Position numbers and translations under genes: made by a program. The notes beneath the pieces were generated by a model. That model saw only the letters and a list, made by a program, of their open reading frames with translations. It had not been told where the DNA came from and ran no database searches. A stretch of DNA of 64,000 bases, taken from IMG/VR virus record IMGVR_UViG_3300029305_011999. One strand, given 5' to 3'. The DNA comes from an uncultured virus (IMG/VR IMGVR_UViG_3300029305_011999). Lineage: Duplodnaviria > Heunggongvirae > Uroviricota > Caudoviricetes. Below are positions 46,983 through 56,035 of this stretch, piece by piece; within the stretch, counting starts at the first letter, position 1; each line of letters opens with the position of its first letter.

Positions 46983-49900
46983 ATGGCAAATGTTAAAAGC
47001 ACAGCCCGTGAATTGCTGGCCAAAGAAATACTGCGGGGTTTCCAGGGCAAAATAACTGGCGATAACGCTGACTTCATTGTGAGCGAAAATCCAGAAAATC
47101 GTTATTTTGTCGGTAAACTTTTGCCTGTGAACGATTCCCAAACATCGTCTTGGGGGTCTGATGTTTTCATCGAATCCATTGGCTCGGATTTCTATATCGC
47201 AAAAGATGAAATCGAGACAGCTCAGCTTGCTGTCCATCCAAAGGGTGACTTTTATTACAGAGCATACCCCACCCTGGAACAGCAAAGAGCAGCTATGCTC
47301 AAAAAGGCAAACGAACTGTTTGAAACGAGCTTTACAAACTTCGATGAGATCATCGAAAGATATACGGAAGACCCTTCCGCTTTCACAAAAGTAAAAGAAA
47401 AACTCGTTCCAGTATATAAGAAAGTTCAGTTGCATCGCAGCGACTTTACTCTCATCTTTACACTGAGCGAGTTGCTTCGTGGCAATCCGCAGTACGGTTA
47501 TGCCGATGCAAGCCACGAACAAAACAGGCAGCTTGAGCAATTTCTTAACGACCTCCAGAGCTTGATTTGGGAGGACGAGAATTGCTATACCCTTGAACTC
47601 TATGAAAAGACGACAATCAAGGATTTGCTGACGGAAGATGACTATAAGAAATTCATAAAGAAAAATCAGAAACAAGGCACTCCGATTCGTCAAAATTGGA
47701 ATGTCTATATTGACATTACCATCAAACTTATTAAGGATAGATATTTGGTTTCCGTCGCCCTGGTCAATGGTTCGCAGGTTCAATCAAATGGTGTAACCCA
47801 CAAATCCAACAAGAAATCGGATGATAAGCCCACGATTGAAACGCTCTTTAATTCTGGCATGGAAATAGAACTTGTGGGAGCCTCTTTTTCACCGATAGAG
47901 CTGGATTTCTTTGCTGATGATTACAAGTACAACAGTTGCCAAAAGGCTGTTGGTAATAACTGCTCTGTTGAGTACCACGAAGAAACGAACACCATTACAA
48001 CAAATCATCTTCCTACTTTCGTCCAGAAGCGATTGCTCACTAATGATGAACTGGCGGTTTCATTTCAATCTTTGATTGATGCTCCGGTTGCGACACTAAA
48101 GGACATCCACCGGAAGATGCTCGCAGAGCACCGTAAATGGGAACGCAAATTCGAAGAAAAGAAACCTACTCTTTCTCCTGTCGGCATCAAAAATATGCAG
48201 GAAGAAATTGACGAGTTTGCACGAGAAATTCGTCGTTTTGAGTTTGGTATAGAGGTCATCAACGACTATCCGATTATTATGAAAAGTTTCGTGAATATGA
48301 ATCGGACTTTCTTGAAAACTTCCAAAAAGTACAGCACTTGGAGATTGTTCCAGATTGTATTTATCGTTTCTCTCGTACCGGATATTGCTGCGTGTGATGA
48401 AGATGTACTGCTTGACTCGCAAAAGGCTCAGACCACACTCAACGAAGTATCGCTTCTGTATTTCCCTACGGGCGGTGGTAAAACTGAAGCCTTTCTTGGT
48501 GTGCTAATTTTTAATCTATTCTTTGATAGATACCGTGGCAAGGAATGTGGTGTAACCGCTATCCTCAGATACCCGTTAAGACTTCTCTCGGTACAGCAGG
48601 TTCAGCGTTTGGCTAATGTTTTGGCACAAGCTGAGCTGATAAGACGTGCTGATATAGCTATTTCACGAACAGAAGAATTTTCTCTCGGCTATTTCGTTGG
48701 TGATGCAAACACCCCCAACAAAATCGAGAAGAAAGATGTAATCAAATATCGTACCCGTTCGCAAGAAGCGATGGACGAGGAACGTATTATTGATATTTGT
48801 CCGTTCTGCGGCAGGCAAACGGTTCACTTGAAGTTTGATGAGGACTCCTATCGCTTGGTTCACTATTGTGACAATGCGGAATGTCCGTCGAATGGCGTTC
48901 TTCCTATTTATATGGTTGACTACGAAATCTATCGTTATCTGCCATCTGCAATTATTAGCACAGTTGATAAGCTCGCCATTTTAGGAAACAATCCGAGCTT
49001 TAGAAATATCCTTTCCGGTGCAACGCATAGATGCCCGAAACACGGTTTTACCAGTACGACAAAGTGTATGGTAGATAGAGAGTTCTGCAACGTGGATGTC
49101 TCTGATTTTGAAGAAATCGAGATGTATGACCCTGCTCCTACTCTGTTTATTCAAGACGAGTTGCATTTGATTCGTGAAAGCTTGGGTACATACGCTTCGC
49201 ATTATGAGTCCTTCATCGACTATTTTGTAAAGAACGTCTCTCCGTCTCGCAGACCCATTAAAACAATCGGTGCAACGGCAACAATTTCCTCCTATGCAAC
49301 GCAGATTTCTCAGTTGTATAGTAAAGACCCGATTCGCTTTCCTTGCGCCTCTCCCGACTTGAAACGCAACTTCTATTCTTACATTGAAGAAGATGATACA
49401 CAGCGTTTGATTATGGGTTATGCTCCGTATGGAAAAGCAATTATTAACTCCGTTGTTTACTCGTTGAAGTATATGCGTGAGGTAGTATTTGATTATGTAC
49501 AGAACCCCGAAAAGGTTTTGGCTATCCCCGGTATTGGCATTGATACCGTTGAGGATGCGCTTGAAATACTGAAGGACTACTGGATTTTTCTTGAATACAA
49601 CAATGTAAAAAGAGACGGCAACAACGTTGAAGGCGCTCTTGAAACTCCTATCAACGTACAGCTACGTCAAGCAGGGATAACTCCGTTCAACACGAGAAAA
49701 ATGACCGGTGACGAGACCTTCCAAGATGTTCGTGAAGTGCTTTCCAAAGTCGAGACGAATGACGATGTTTTCAATGGTGTTAACCTTATTGTAGCAACAT
49801 CAATGATTTCTCACGGTGTTGACGCAGACCGCTTTAATATTATGTTCTTCTATGGAATGCCCGGTAATACCGCTGAATATATCCAGGCATACAGTAGAAC

Positions 49901-50420
49901 CGGCAGACGTCACTCCAGTATCGTTATTGATATTATGCGTCCCTCCAGAGAGACCGACCAGAGCTATCTGAAGAACTTCGTTAATTTCCACGAGTTTAAG
50001 GACATTATGGTTGAGTCTGTCCCTATCAACCGTTGGGCTACCAAAGCCATTGATTGCACTTTGCCGGGTATCTTTACAGGGTTGCTCTTAACCAAGTATG
50101 ACCCCGAACTTCAATACTCCTGCGGTTCTCAGTTCTTTATGAACAACATAAAGAAAGCGATTTCCGGAGGCTATTTGGATGTTGCTACTGTGACCAACGA
50201 ATTGAAAATGGCTTACGGGTGTACCATAGCCGGACAAGTAAACGAGATAGGCAATCAGTATAAAGCAAAAATTGAAGCCTTCGTTGAAGATGTCTTTGAA
50301 AGAATCGTCGATAAGAACTGGGAGCGAGAAAATATCTTCGCCGGATTTGAACTTATGGGCTATCATATTATGAATAGCTTACGAGATACCGACACTCAGT
50401 TGATTATCGAACTTGAATAA
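46983..50420 (+). CDS. DrmA-like SF2 helicase
   Basis: WRLFQ, FPTGGGKTEA, RYPLRLLS.QQ, CPFC, STVDK, QDELHL, ATAT, ATSMISHGVD, EYIQAYSRTGR; GAGGTG SD before the ATG at 46983. Confidence 0.88.
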   Translation: MANVKSTARELLAKEILRGFQGKITGDNADFIVSENPENRYFVGKLLPVNDSQTSSWGSDVFIESIGSDFYIAKDEIETAQLAVHPKGDFYYRAYPTLEQQRAAMLKKANELFETSFTNFDEIIERYTEDPSAFTKVKEKLVPVYKKVQLHRSDFTLIFTLSELLRGNPQYGYADASHEQNRQLEQFLNDLQSLIWEDENCYTLELYEKTTIKDLLTEDDYKKFIKKNQKQGTPIRQNWNVYIDITIKLIKDRYLVSVALVNGSQVQSNGVTHKSNKKSDDKPTIETLFNSGMEIELVGASFSPIELDFFADDYKYNSCQKAVGNNCSVEYHEETNTITTNHLPTFVQKRLLTNDELAVSFQSLIDAPVATLKDIHRKMLAEHRKWERKFEEKKPTLSPVGIKNMQEEIDEFAREIRRFEFGIEVINDYPIIMKSFVNMNRTFLKTSKKYSTWRLFQIVFIVSLVPDIAACDEDVLLDSQKAQTTLNEVSLLYFPTGGGKTEAFLGVLIFNLFFDRYRGKECGVTAILRYPLRLLSVQQVQRLANVLAQAELIRRADIAISRTEEFSLGYFVGDANTPNKIEKKDVIKYRTRSQEAMDEERIIDICPFCGRQTVHLKFDEDSYRLVHYCDNAECPSNGVLPIYMVDYEIYRYLPSAIISTVDKLAILGNNPSFRNILSGATHRCPKHGFTSTTKCMVDREFCNVDVSDFEEIEMYDPAPTLFIQDELHLIRESLGTYASHYESFIDYFVKNVSPSRRPIKTIGATATISSYATQISQLYSKDPIRFPCASPDLKRNFYSYIEEDDTQRLIMGYAPYGKAIINSVVYSLKYMREVVFDYVQNPEKVLAIPGIGIDTVEDALEILKDYWIFLEYNNVKRDGNNVEGALETPINVQLRQAGITPFNTRKMTGDETFQDVREVLSKVETNDDVFNGVNLIVATSMISHGVDADRFNIMFFYGMPGNTAEYIQAYSRTGRRHSSIVIDIMRPSRETDQSYLKNFVNFHEFKDIMVESVPINRWATKAIDCTLPGIFTGLLLTKYDPELQYSCGSQFFMNNIKKAISGGYLDVATVTNELKMAYGCTIAGQVNEIGNQYKAKIEAFVEDVFERIVDKNWERENIFAGFELMGYHIMNSLRDTDTQLIIELE

Positions 50421-50433
50421 GGAGGTGAACAGA

Positions 50434-52314
50434 ATGAGTTCTAAACAGCAGATGAAACGAGGAAAAAACCAATCCTTGTATAAGTACCTTCCCGAAACCT
50501 GGATAGATTTCTCTGTTCGTGGCAAAGAGCGTAAACAGTACATCGCAAAGGTTTTGAGATGGAATAGCGAGAAGCTCGATGGCATCAACGCCAAGCGCCT
50601 TATCAGAACTGTAAATGCTTCTGTTCGCTCTTTTGAAAACCAATGTCCTACTCCGGGTCCAATAAAGCCTACAGTTGGATTTAGCGCAGAATTAAATAAG
50701 GATAACTGTGACGTTTTGACTCCAAAGGCTTCCGAAGAAGAAAGAGGTATTGTCGCTCAGATTAGTCCTCTGACTTTCTACTGCAAGCTCTGTAACAAGG
50801 TGTATCAGTTCAGCAGCGAGGAAGAATATCAAAAACGTCGCTATTGCACAAATCCCGAATGTCACCACGCAGAGCTGGCTCAATTCCGTCAGATTTATTT
50901 CTGCAAATGCGGTTATGCGACAGACAGGCATAATCCTCGATGTCCGGAGCACGGCTATCAGTATGTAAAGTGGTATGGCAACTTTGATTTTGTCTGCACG
51001 AAATGTAAAAGACCTATCCCGATGCAGGTAAAATGTCCTGTGTGTGGTGATATGCTTAGACCTAAAGTTGCTCTTGACCCTGCACAGTTTTTCGTATTCA
51101 GTTTGAGTCTTATCGACTTGATTGACGAAAAGTTGGAGAACTTTATCTCTGAAACAGAATACGGACCCTATATTACCTTCGCATATTGGCTCGGATTGAT
51201 AAGCAAAGAGGAACTTAATGAAATCATCAAGAACGGAATTGTATCTGACCCCGATGCGTACCAAAAGGTATATGACCAGATGTATACGGTAATGTTTGCG
51301 GCGTTCAAAAACGAGACCGCCGCAGCTACAGCCGCTAAAACAGCAGCCGACCAACAATGCGGTAATCGCTTCAACGATATTGTCAACGAGTTGAAAACCA
51401 AGATTTTCACTACCGAAGGCGATTTGTCCAGTATTGCGGAGCGCATCCTTGAGTACGATTTGGTTACACGACTTGATGATGTTTCGGATTTGGCTTCTGC
51501 GGTTGACGTTGCCCGTTTACTTAATACTAACGCCAATCCAGAACAGTATGCTCAAATCGCAGAGCGTTTCGGAATTAAGAGTGCCAGAGTATGTGATAGA
51601 ATCCCCTTTGTTTCCTGCTCCTATGGATACACGAGAGTGGAATCCGAATGGAAAGAGGGCGTACAGCTCCACGCACTCAAAGAAGAAAAGCCTGGGCGTA
51701 AAAACATTTACGCTACCAAGCTGAATACCGAAGGCGTACTGTTTGAGTTCGATAGAAAAAAGATAATTGAATGGCTGCTTGCCAATCAATTTATCACAAC
51801 AGAAGAAGCTCCGAACCTGGAGTCCGAGGAAGAAATCAAAATTTGGTTCTTGAATAACATCAAGCCAAGTCTTATTCATCCTTTCTCCACTATTGATGAG
51901 ACCGCAAGCAAGGAAACTTACTATGTGTATCGGCTCATTCATTCGCTTTCACACCTGCTTATCCGTGCTGCCGCTGATATTGGTGGTTTGGGTAAGGATT
52001 CATTGTCGGAATACATTTTCCCCGGCGTTCCTGCAGTTCTGATTTATTGTCAAAACTCGCAAGGTTTCAACTTGGGTTCTTTGTTTAACACCTTTGAAGC
52101 ATACTTCGATAAGTGGATGAACAAAGCATACACAAGCGCACAGAAGTGTATTTTTGACCCAATTTGTATAGAACGGCAAAAAGCCTGTACGGGATGTTTG
52201 TTTGTGAACGAGGTCTCGTGCCAACATTTCAATAAGGATTTGGACAGAGCCTTGGTTGTAGGTCACGTTGACCGTGAAACACAACGAAAGACAACGGGCT
52301 TTTGGGAGGATTAA
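50434..52314 (+). CDS. DrmB-like DUF1998 (MrfA-type Zn-binding) protein
   Basis: Multiple CxxC; HSLSHLLIR, SLSEYIF, CIFDPIC...ACTGC...EVSC..FN..LDR; directly after the DrmA-like gene with AAGGAGGTG SD. Confidence 0.85.
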   Translation: MSSKQQMKRGKNQSLYKYLPETWIDFSVRGKERKQYIAKVLRWNSEKLDGINAKRLIRTVNASVRSFENQCPTPGPIKPTVGFSAELNKDNCDVLTPKASEEERGIVAQISPLTFYCKLCNKVYQFSSEEEYQKRRYCTNPECHHAELAQFRQIYFCKCGYATDRHNPRCPEHGYQYVKWYGNFDFVCTKCKRPIPMQVKCPVCGDMLRPKVALDPAQFFVFSLSLIDLIDEKLENFISETEYGPYITFAYWLGLISKEELNEIIKNGIVSDPDAYQKVYDQMYTVMFAAFKNETAAATAAKTAADQQCGNRFNDIVNELKTKIFTTEGDLSSIAERILEYDLVTRLDDVSDLASAVDVARLLNTNANPEQYAQIAERFGIKSARVCDRIPFVSCSYGYTRVESEWKEGVQLHALKEEKPGRKNIYATKLNTEGVLFEFDRKKIIEWLLANQFITTEEAPNLESEEEIKIWFLNNIKPSLIHPFSTIDETASKETYYVYRLIHSLSHLLIRAAADIGGLGKDSLSEYIFPGVPAVLIYCQNSQGFNLGSLFNTFEAYFDKWMNKAYTSAQKCIFDPICIERQKACTGCLFVNEVSCQHFNKDLDRALVVGHVDRETQRKTTGFWED

Positions 52315-52317
52315 GTT

Positions 52318-53982
52318 ATGGCAGTAATGCACCCGGTTGATATTGAAAATTATGATTATACGCCGACAGAAAAAGAGATGTACTATGCTTTGAAGGAGCA
52401 GCTTCCCGATAAGTACCAAGTATTCTATTCTGTCCGCTGGTTTGAGACGGTTGATAATAAGAGAATTGACAGCGAGAGCGATTTTCTGATTTTTGACCCG
52501 TCATTTGGCTTCATCACCATTGAAGTAAAGGGCGGAACCGGGATTACTGTCGATGACGGAAAGTGGACACTTATTGAGGATTACAGCCCCACAAACTCCA
52601 GTAGCAGAGAGTTAAAATGCAGCCCATACGAGCAGGCAGAAAAAAGTATGCGGCATTTTAGAAACTACTTTGTGTCTGAGTTCAATCAGAACTATAATGG
52701 CGTTTATGGCTTTGCTGTAGCTTTCCCTCGCTATGCTATAAGCTCACAGTTGGCGCAGGATGCTCCACCCGAAACAACAATCGACTTAAACGATATGCTG
52801 TCTCTGCGTGAGAAAATCAATCAAATCTTCCACTACTGGAAGAACAAACGGAATATAACCATTCCTTTTTCCGCTGAACAGCGCAACCGCTTCTTGACCG
52901 CAATCAATAAGCAGATTTCTATGTCTGCTGCCGCAGGTGCTTTGATTCCTATTAAGGAAAAGGAGTTTTCAAAGATAGATTTCGTTCAAGACTCGATTCT
53001 CGATTGCTTGCACAATTACCGGCAGGCACAGATTGTCGGAGGAGCTGGAACGGGCAAGACATTCATCGGCATTAAGAAGGCTGTTCGTGACACTTTGGAT
53101 AATAAGCGAGTATTGTTTACCTGCTGCAATGAGGAGCTTGCCGCCTTCGTAAAATCTAAGTTGGCGCAGTATCCTAAGATTGACGTGCTTACATATGCTG
53201 AGCTGATGAAAAAACTTTTAGGTGATGTGTACGACAATCTCCCGGCAAACCCGAACGGTAACAAAAGTTGCTTTGAATATATGGACCAAGTTCCTGTTGA
53301 ACAGAAATACGACTCCATCATTGTTGATGAGGCGCAGGATTTTGATATTGATATGGGCTTGGCTGTGAGAAGTCTTTTGGTCGATGATAGTACATCGTCG
53401 CTTTATGTGTTCTACGATAAGAACCAAAATGTTTTTGAAATGGATTTTGAAAATGCGTTCGCCATTGATGCCCCGCCGTATGTGTTGCGGTATAACATCC
53501 GAAACACGGGCAGCATCTATCAATGCGCCGTTGAACGGACGAACCTGGGACACGATACTGTAGCAAACAACATTGTCGGCGTTCATCCAGAAATCCATAA
53601 TTATTCTAAACCGTCGCAAGCGGTGAAGGCACTTAGCTTGATTGTTAATCGCCTGGTGCAAAAAGAATTTGTGCCAGCCGAATCCATAGTCATAGTTTCC
53701 GACACATCCTATGAAAACTCCATTCTTGCAGGGGAGGAACGTATAGGAGCTTATAACCTTGTGTTTAAGCACTATAAGGATGTCGCTGAAGATGAAATAT
53801 GCTTCAAAACTGCAGAAGAATTTAAGGGACTGGAATCCAACGTTGTAATTTATTTGACACACGAATTTACTAATCTTCCGTCCTCGACAACAGATAATAG
53901 AAAGGAATATGTTGCTATCACTCGTGCAAGGTACTATCTCTATGTGCTGAACACGAAGTGCAAGGCAGCGATTGGTGATTGA
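52318..53982 (+). CDS. NERD nuclease + SF1 helicase fusion
   Basis: ESDFLIF...IEVKGG, SPYEQA; GGAGTGKT, IIVDEAQD, FKGLE, YVAITRAR. Confidence 0.9.
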   Translation: MAVMHPVDIENYDYTPTEKEMYYALKEQLPDKYQVFYSVRWFETVDNKRIDSESDFLIFDPSFGFITIEVKGGTGITVDDGKWTLIEDYSPTNSSSRELKCSPYEQAEKSMRHFRNYFVSEFNQNYNGVYGFAVAFPRYAISSQLAQDAPPETTIDLNDMLSLREKINQIFHYWKNKRNITIPFSAEQRNRFLTAINKQISMSAAAGALIPIKEKEFSKIDFVQDSILDCLHNYRQAQIVGGAGTGKTFIGIKKAVRDTLDNKRVLFTCCNEELAAFVKSKLAQYPKIDVLTYAELMKKLLGDVYDNLPANPNGNKSCFEYMDQVPVEQKYDSIIVDEAQDFDIDMGLAVRSLLVDDSTSSLYVFYDKNQNVFEMDFENAFAIDAPPYVLRYNIRNTGSIYQCAVERTNLGHDTVANNIVGVHPEIHNYSKPSQAVKALSLIVNRLVQKEFVPAESIVIVSDTSYENSILAGEERIGAYNLVFKHYKDVAEDEICFKTAEEFKGLESNVVIYLTHEFTNLPSSTTDNRKEYVAITRARYYLYVLNTKCKAAIGD

Positions 53983-53983
53983 T

Positions 53984-56035
53984 ATGGCAAATATTTTACT
54001 TATCGAACCGGATTATAAATGTAAGCAGCCCCCGCTTGGGTTGATGAAAATATCGTTCTTCCACAAGAACATTCTGCACGATTATGTACGATTTACTAAG
54101 GGCAAACTCCCTGCAGCTCTTTCGGGGACAAAGTGGGACCGTGTATATGTAACATCTCTCTTTACCTTTGAATGGAAAGCAACGATTGAAGCTATTGAGT
54201 ACGCAAAGACCTTGGTTGACTCCATTGACAAAATCGTGGTTGGCGGTATTGCTGCTACAATGTTGCCCGACCAAATGTATGAGGAAACTGGTATCCGTCC
54301 GGTGTGCGGTCTTTTGAACGAGCCTGGAAAACTTGGTCTGCCCGGAGACGAGTGTATAGACCAGATAACGCCCGACTACTCTATGCTTGATGATGTCGAT
54401 TATGTTTATCCTTTCAACGATGCTTACTTTTTAAGCGCAACCAAAGGATGTGGCAACAAGTGTGGTTTTTGTGCTGTTCAAACCTTGGAGCCTAAGTTCA
54501 TCCCTTACATTGACATTAAGGACAGAATCAAAGCCATTGACGAGCAGTTCGGTCCCAAAAAGGACCTTATCCTTATGGATAACAATGTGCTTCGTTCGCC
54601 TCGCTTCAATGATATTATCGACGATATTATTGCCGCAGGTTTTGGCAAAGGTGCGACATATAAGAACCCCCGCACCGGCAAGACCGTGCAAAGGTACGTT
54701 GACTTTAACCAGGGACTTGATGCGCTGTTCTTGACCGAAGAAAAGGCAAAACGCCTTGGTGAAATTGCGCTTCGACCTGCACGAGTTGCTTTCGACCATA
54801 TTGAGGACAGGGACATTTACGAAAGAGCACTCCGTTTGTGTGCGAAGAACGGTGTTACTGAACTCTCCAACTATGTCCTCTATAATAGCGAAGATTTCGG
54901 CGGTAAGGGCAAAAAGTATCACGCTGATACTCCTGCAGATTTGTATGACCGAATGAAAATCACGCTGGACTTGCTTGATGAACTTAATGAAGAATATGGA
55001 CAGGAGCAGCGTATTGCAGCATTTTCGTTCCCAATGAGATATATTCCTTTGTCTGCTCACGAGCGTGGTTATGTAGGCTCTCAATGGAACGCCAAGTTCT
55101 TACGAGCAGTTCAGAGAATGCTCGTTCCCACACAAGGAAAGGGCGTTTGTAGCCGTAGCTTTTTTGAAGCGGACTTTGGCAAGAGTGCGGATGATTTCGT
55201 TCGTTATTTGAGTATGCCGGAGAAGCTGATTGCTGCCAGAGGTAAAATCAGCCCCACTTCCAGAGGTAAGTCCGGTGAAACCGAGGAACAGTTTATTCTC
55301 AGAAAGGCAAGCTGGGAGCGTGAACAAAAGAAAATCAAAATGTGGAACTCCCTGTATGCTCAGCTCGGCACCGAGAAAGATGATTTCATCAATCTGATTG
55401 GAGATAACGAATACCTCCCCGAAAAGGTTTTAGGTATTTCCTCCACCATACAGAGAAAGCTCTACATTCTCTATTTGACTACGCCCAGATTGGTTTCCTT
55501 CTTGGGTATGGTTGATAAAAACTCCCCGACCTACTCTATGGTCAAGGAGTTTATTGAGGTTGAGTGTCCCGAACTTTATATGGACGTTCTTGACCTTGTA
55601 TCTGAAAGCGAAGTTCAGCAAAATTATGTGTTTAAGAATTTTGTCGATTTCTTTGGACGCAAAGGTGTTCTTGATTTGCTGACCCGCTTGGAAAAAATAG
55701 ATTTTGCAGCCGATAAGCAGTTGACTAAATGGGATGTGCTCGCTAAGAAGGAAGGCATAGGTTACATCGACTTTGAGTTGATTCGTGTATATCGTCGCTT
55801 TGTGGATTTGGACGTTTTGACCGCTAAAGAGCACAAGGATGCAAAGAGACACATTATGGCTATGTCGATGACAGAACTTGCTTCTATCCTTGCGGAAAAC
55901 ATCGAAAAATTTGAGTCATTACTTCTTTCTGCTATAGACAATGAAAAAGGGCAAGCCGTACTGAAGAAGGTTACAAAGACAATCACAAACAACATTCAGT
56001 TCAAACTTGCGAACTTTTTAGGAGAAGAAGAATAA
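53984..56035 (+). CDS. Radical SAM enzyme with B12-binding-like N-terminus and C-terminal extension
   Basis: ILLIEP...PPLGLMKIS, VGGIAAT, KGCGNKCGFC (CxxxCxxC), LMDNN, VDFNQGLD, FPMRY. Confidence 0.88.
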   Translation: MANILLIEPDYKCKQPPLGLMKISFFHKNILHDYVRFTKGKLPAALSGTKWDRVYVTSLFTFEWKATIEAIEYAKTLVDSIDKIVVGGIAATMLPDQMYEETGIRPVCGLLNEPGKLGLPGDECIDQITPDYSMLDDVDYVYPFNDAYFLSATKGCGNKCGFCAVQTLEPKFIPYIDIKDRIKAIDEQFGPKKDLILMDNNVLRSPRFNDIIDDIIAAGFGKGATYKNPRTGKTVQRYVDFNQGLDALFLTEEKAKRLGEIALRPARVAFDHIEDRDIYERALRLCAKNGVTELSNYVLYNSEDFGGKGKKYHADTPADLYDRMKITLDLLDELNEEYGQEQRIAAFSFPMRYIPLSAHERGYVGSQWNAKFLRAVQRMLVPTQGKGVCSRSFFEADFGKSADDFVRYLSMPEKLIAARGKISPTSRGKSGETEEQFILRKASWEREQKKIKMWNSLYAQLGTEKDDFINLIGDNEYLPEKVLGISSTIQRKLYILYLTTPRLVSFLGMVDKNSPTYSMVKEFIEVECPELYMDVLDLVSESEVQQNYVFKNFVDFFGRKGVLDLLTRLEKIDFAADKQLTKWDVLAKKEGIGYIDFELIRVYRRFVDLDVLTAKEHKDAKRHIMAMSMTELASILAENIEKFESLLLSAIDNEKGQAVLKKVTKTITNNIQFKLANFLGEEE

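Noticed and set aside
46983..52314. Calling the locus canonical DISARM or Dpd
   Set aside because: No methyltransferase, PLD nuclease DrmC, SNF2 DrmD, or DpdA/queuosine-pathway genes in or near the operon
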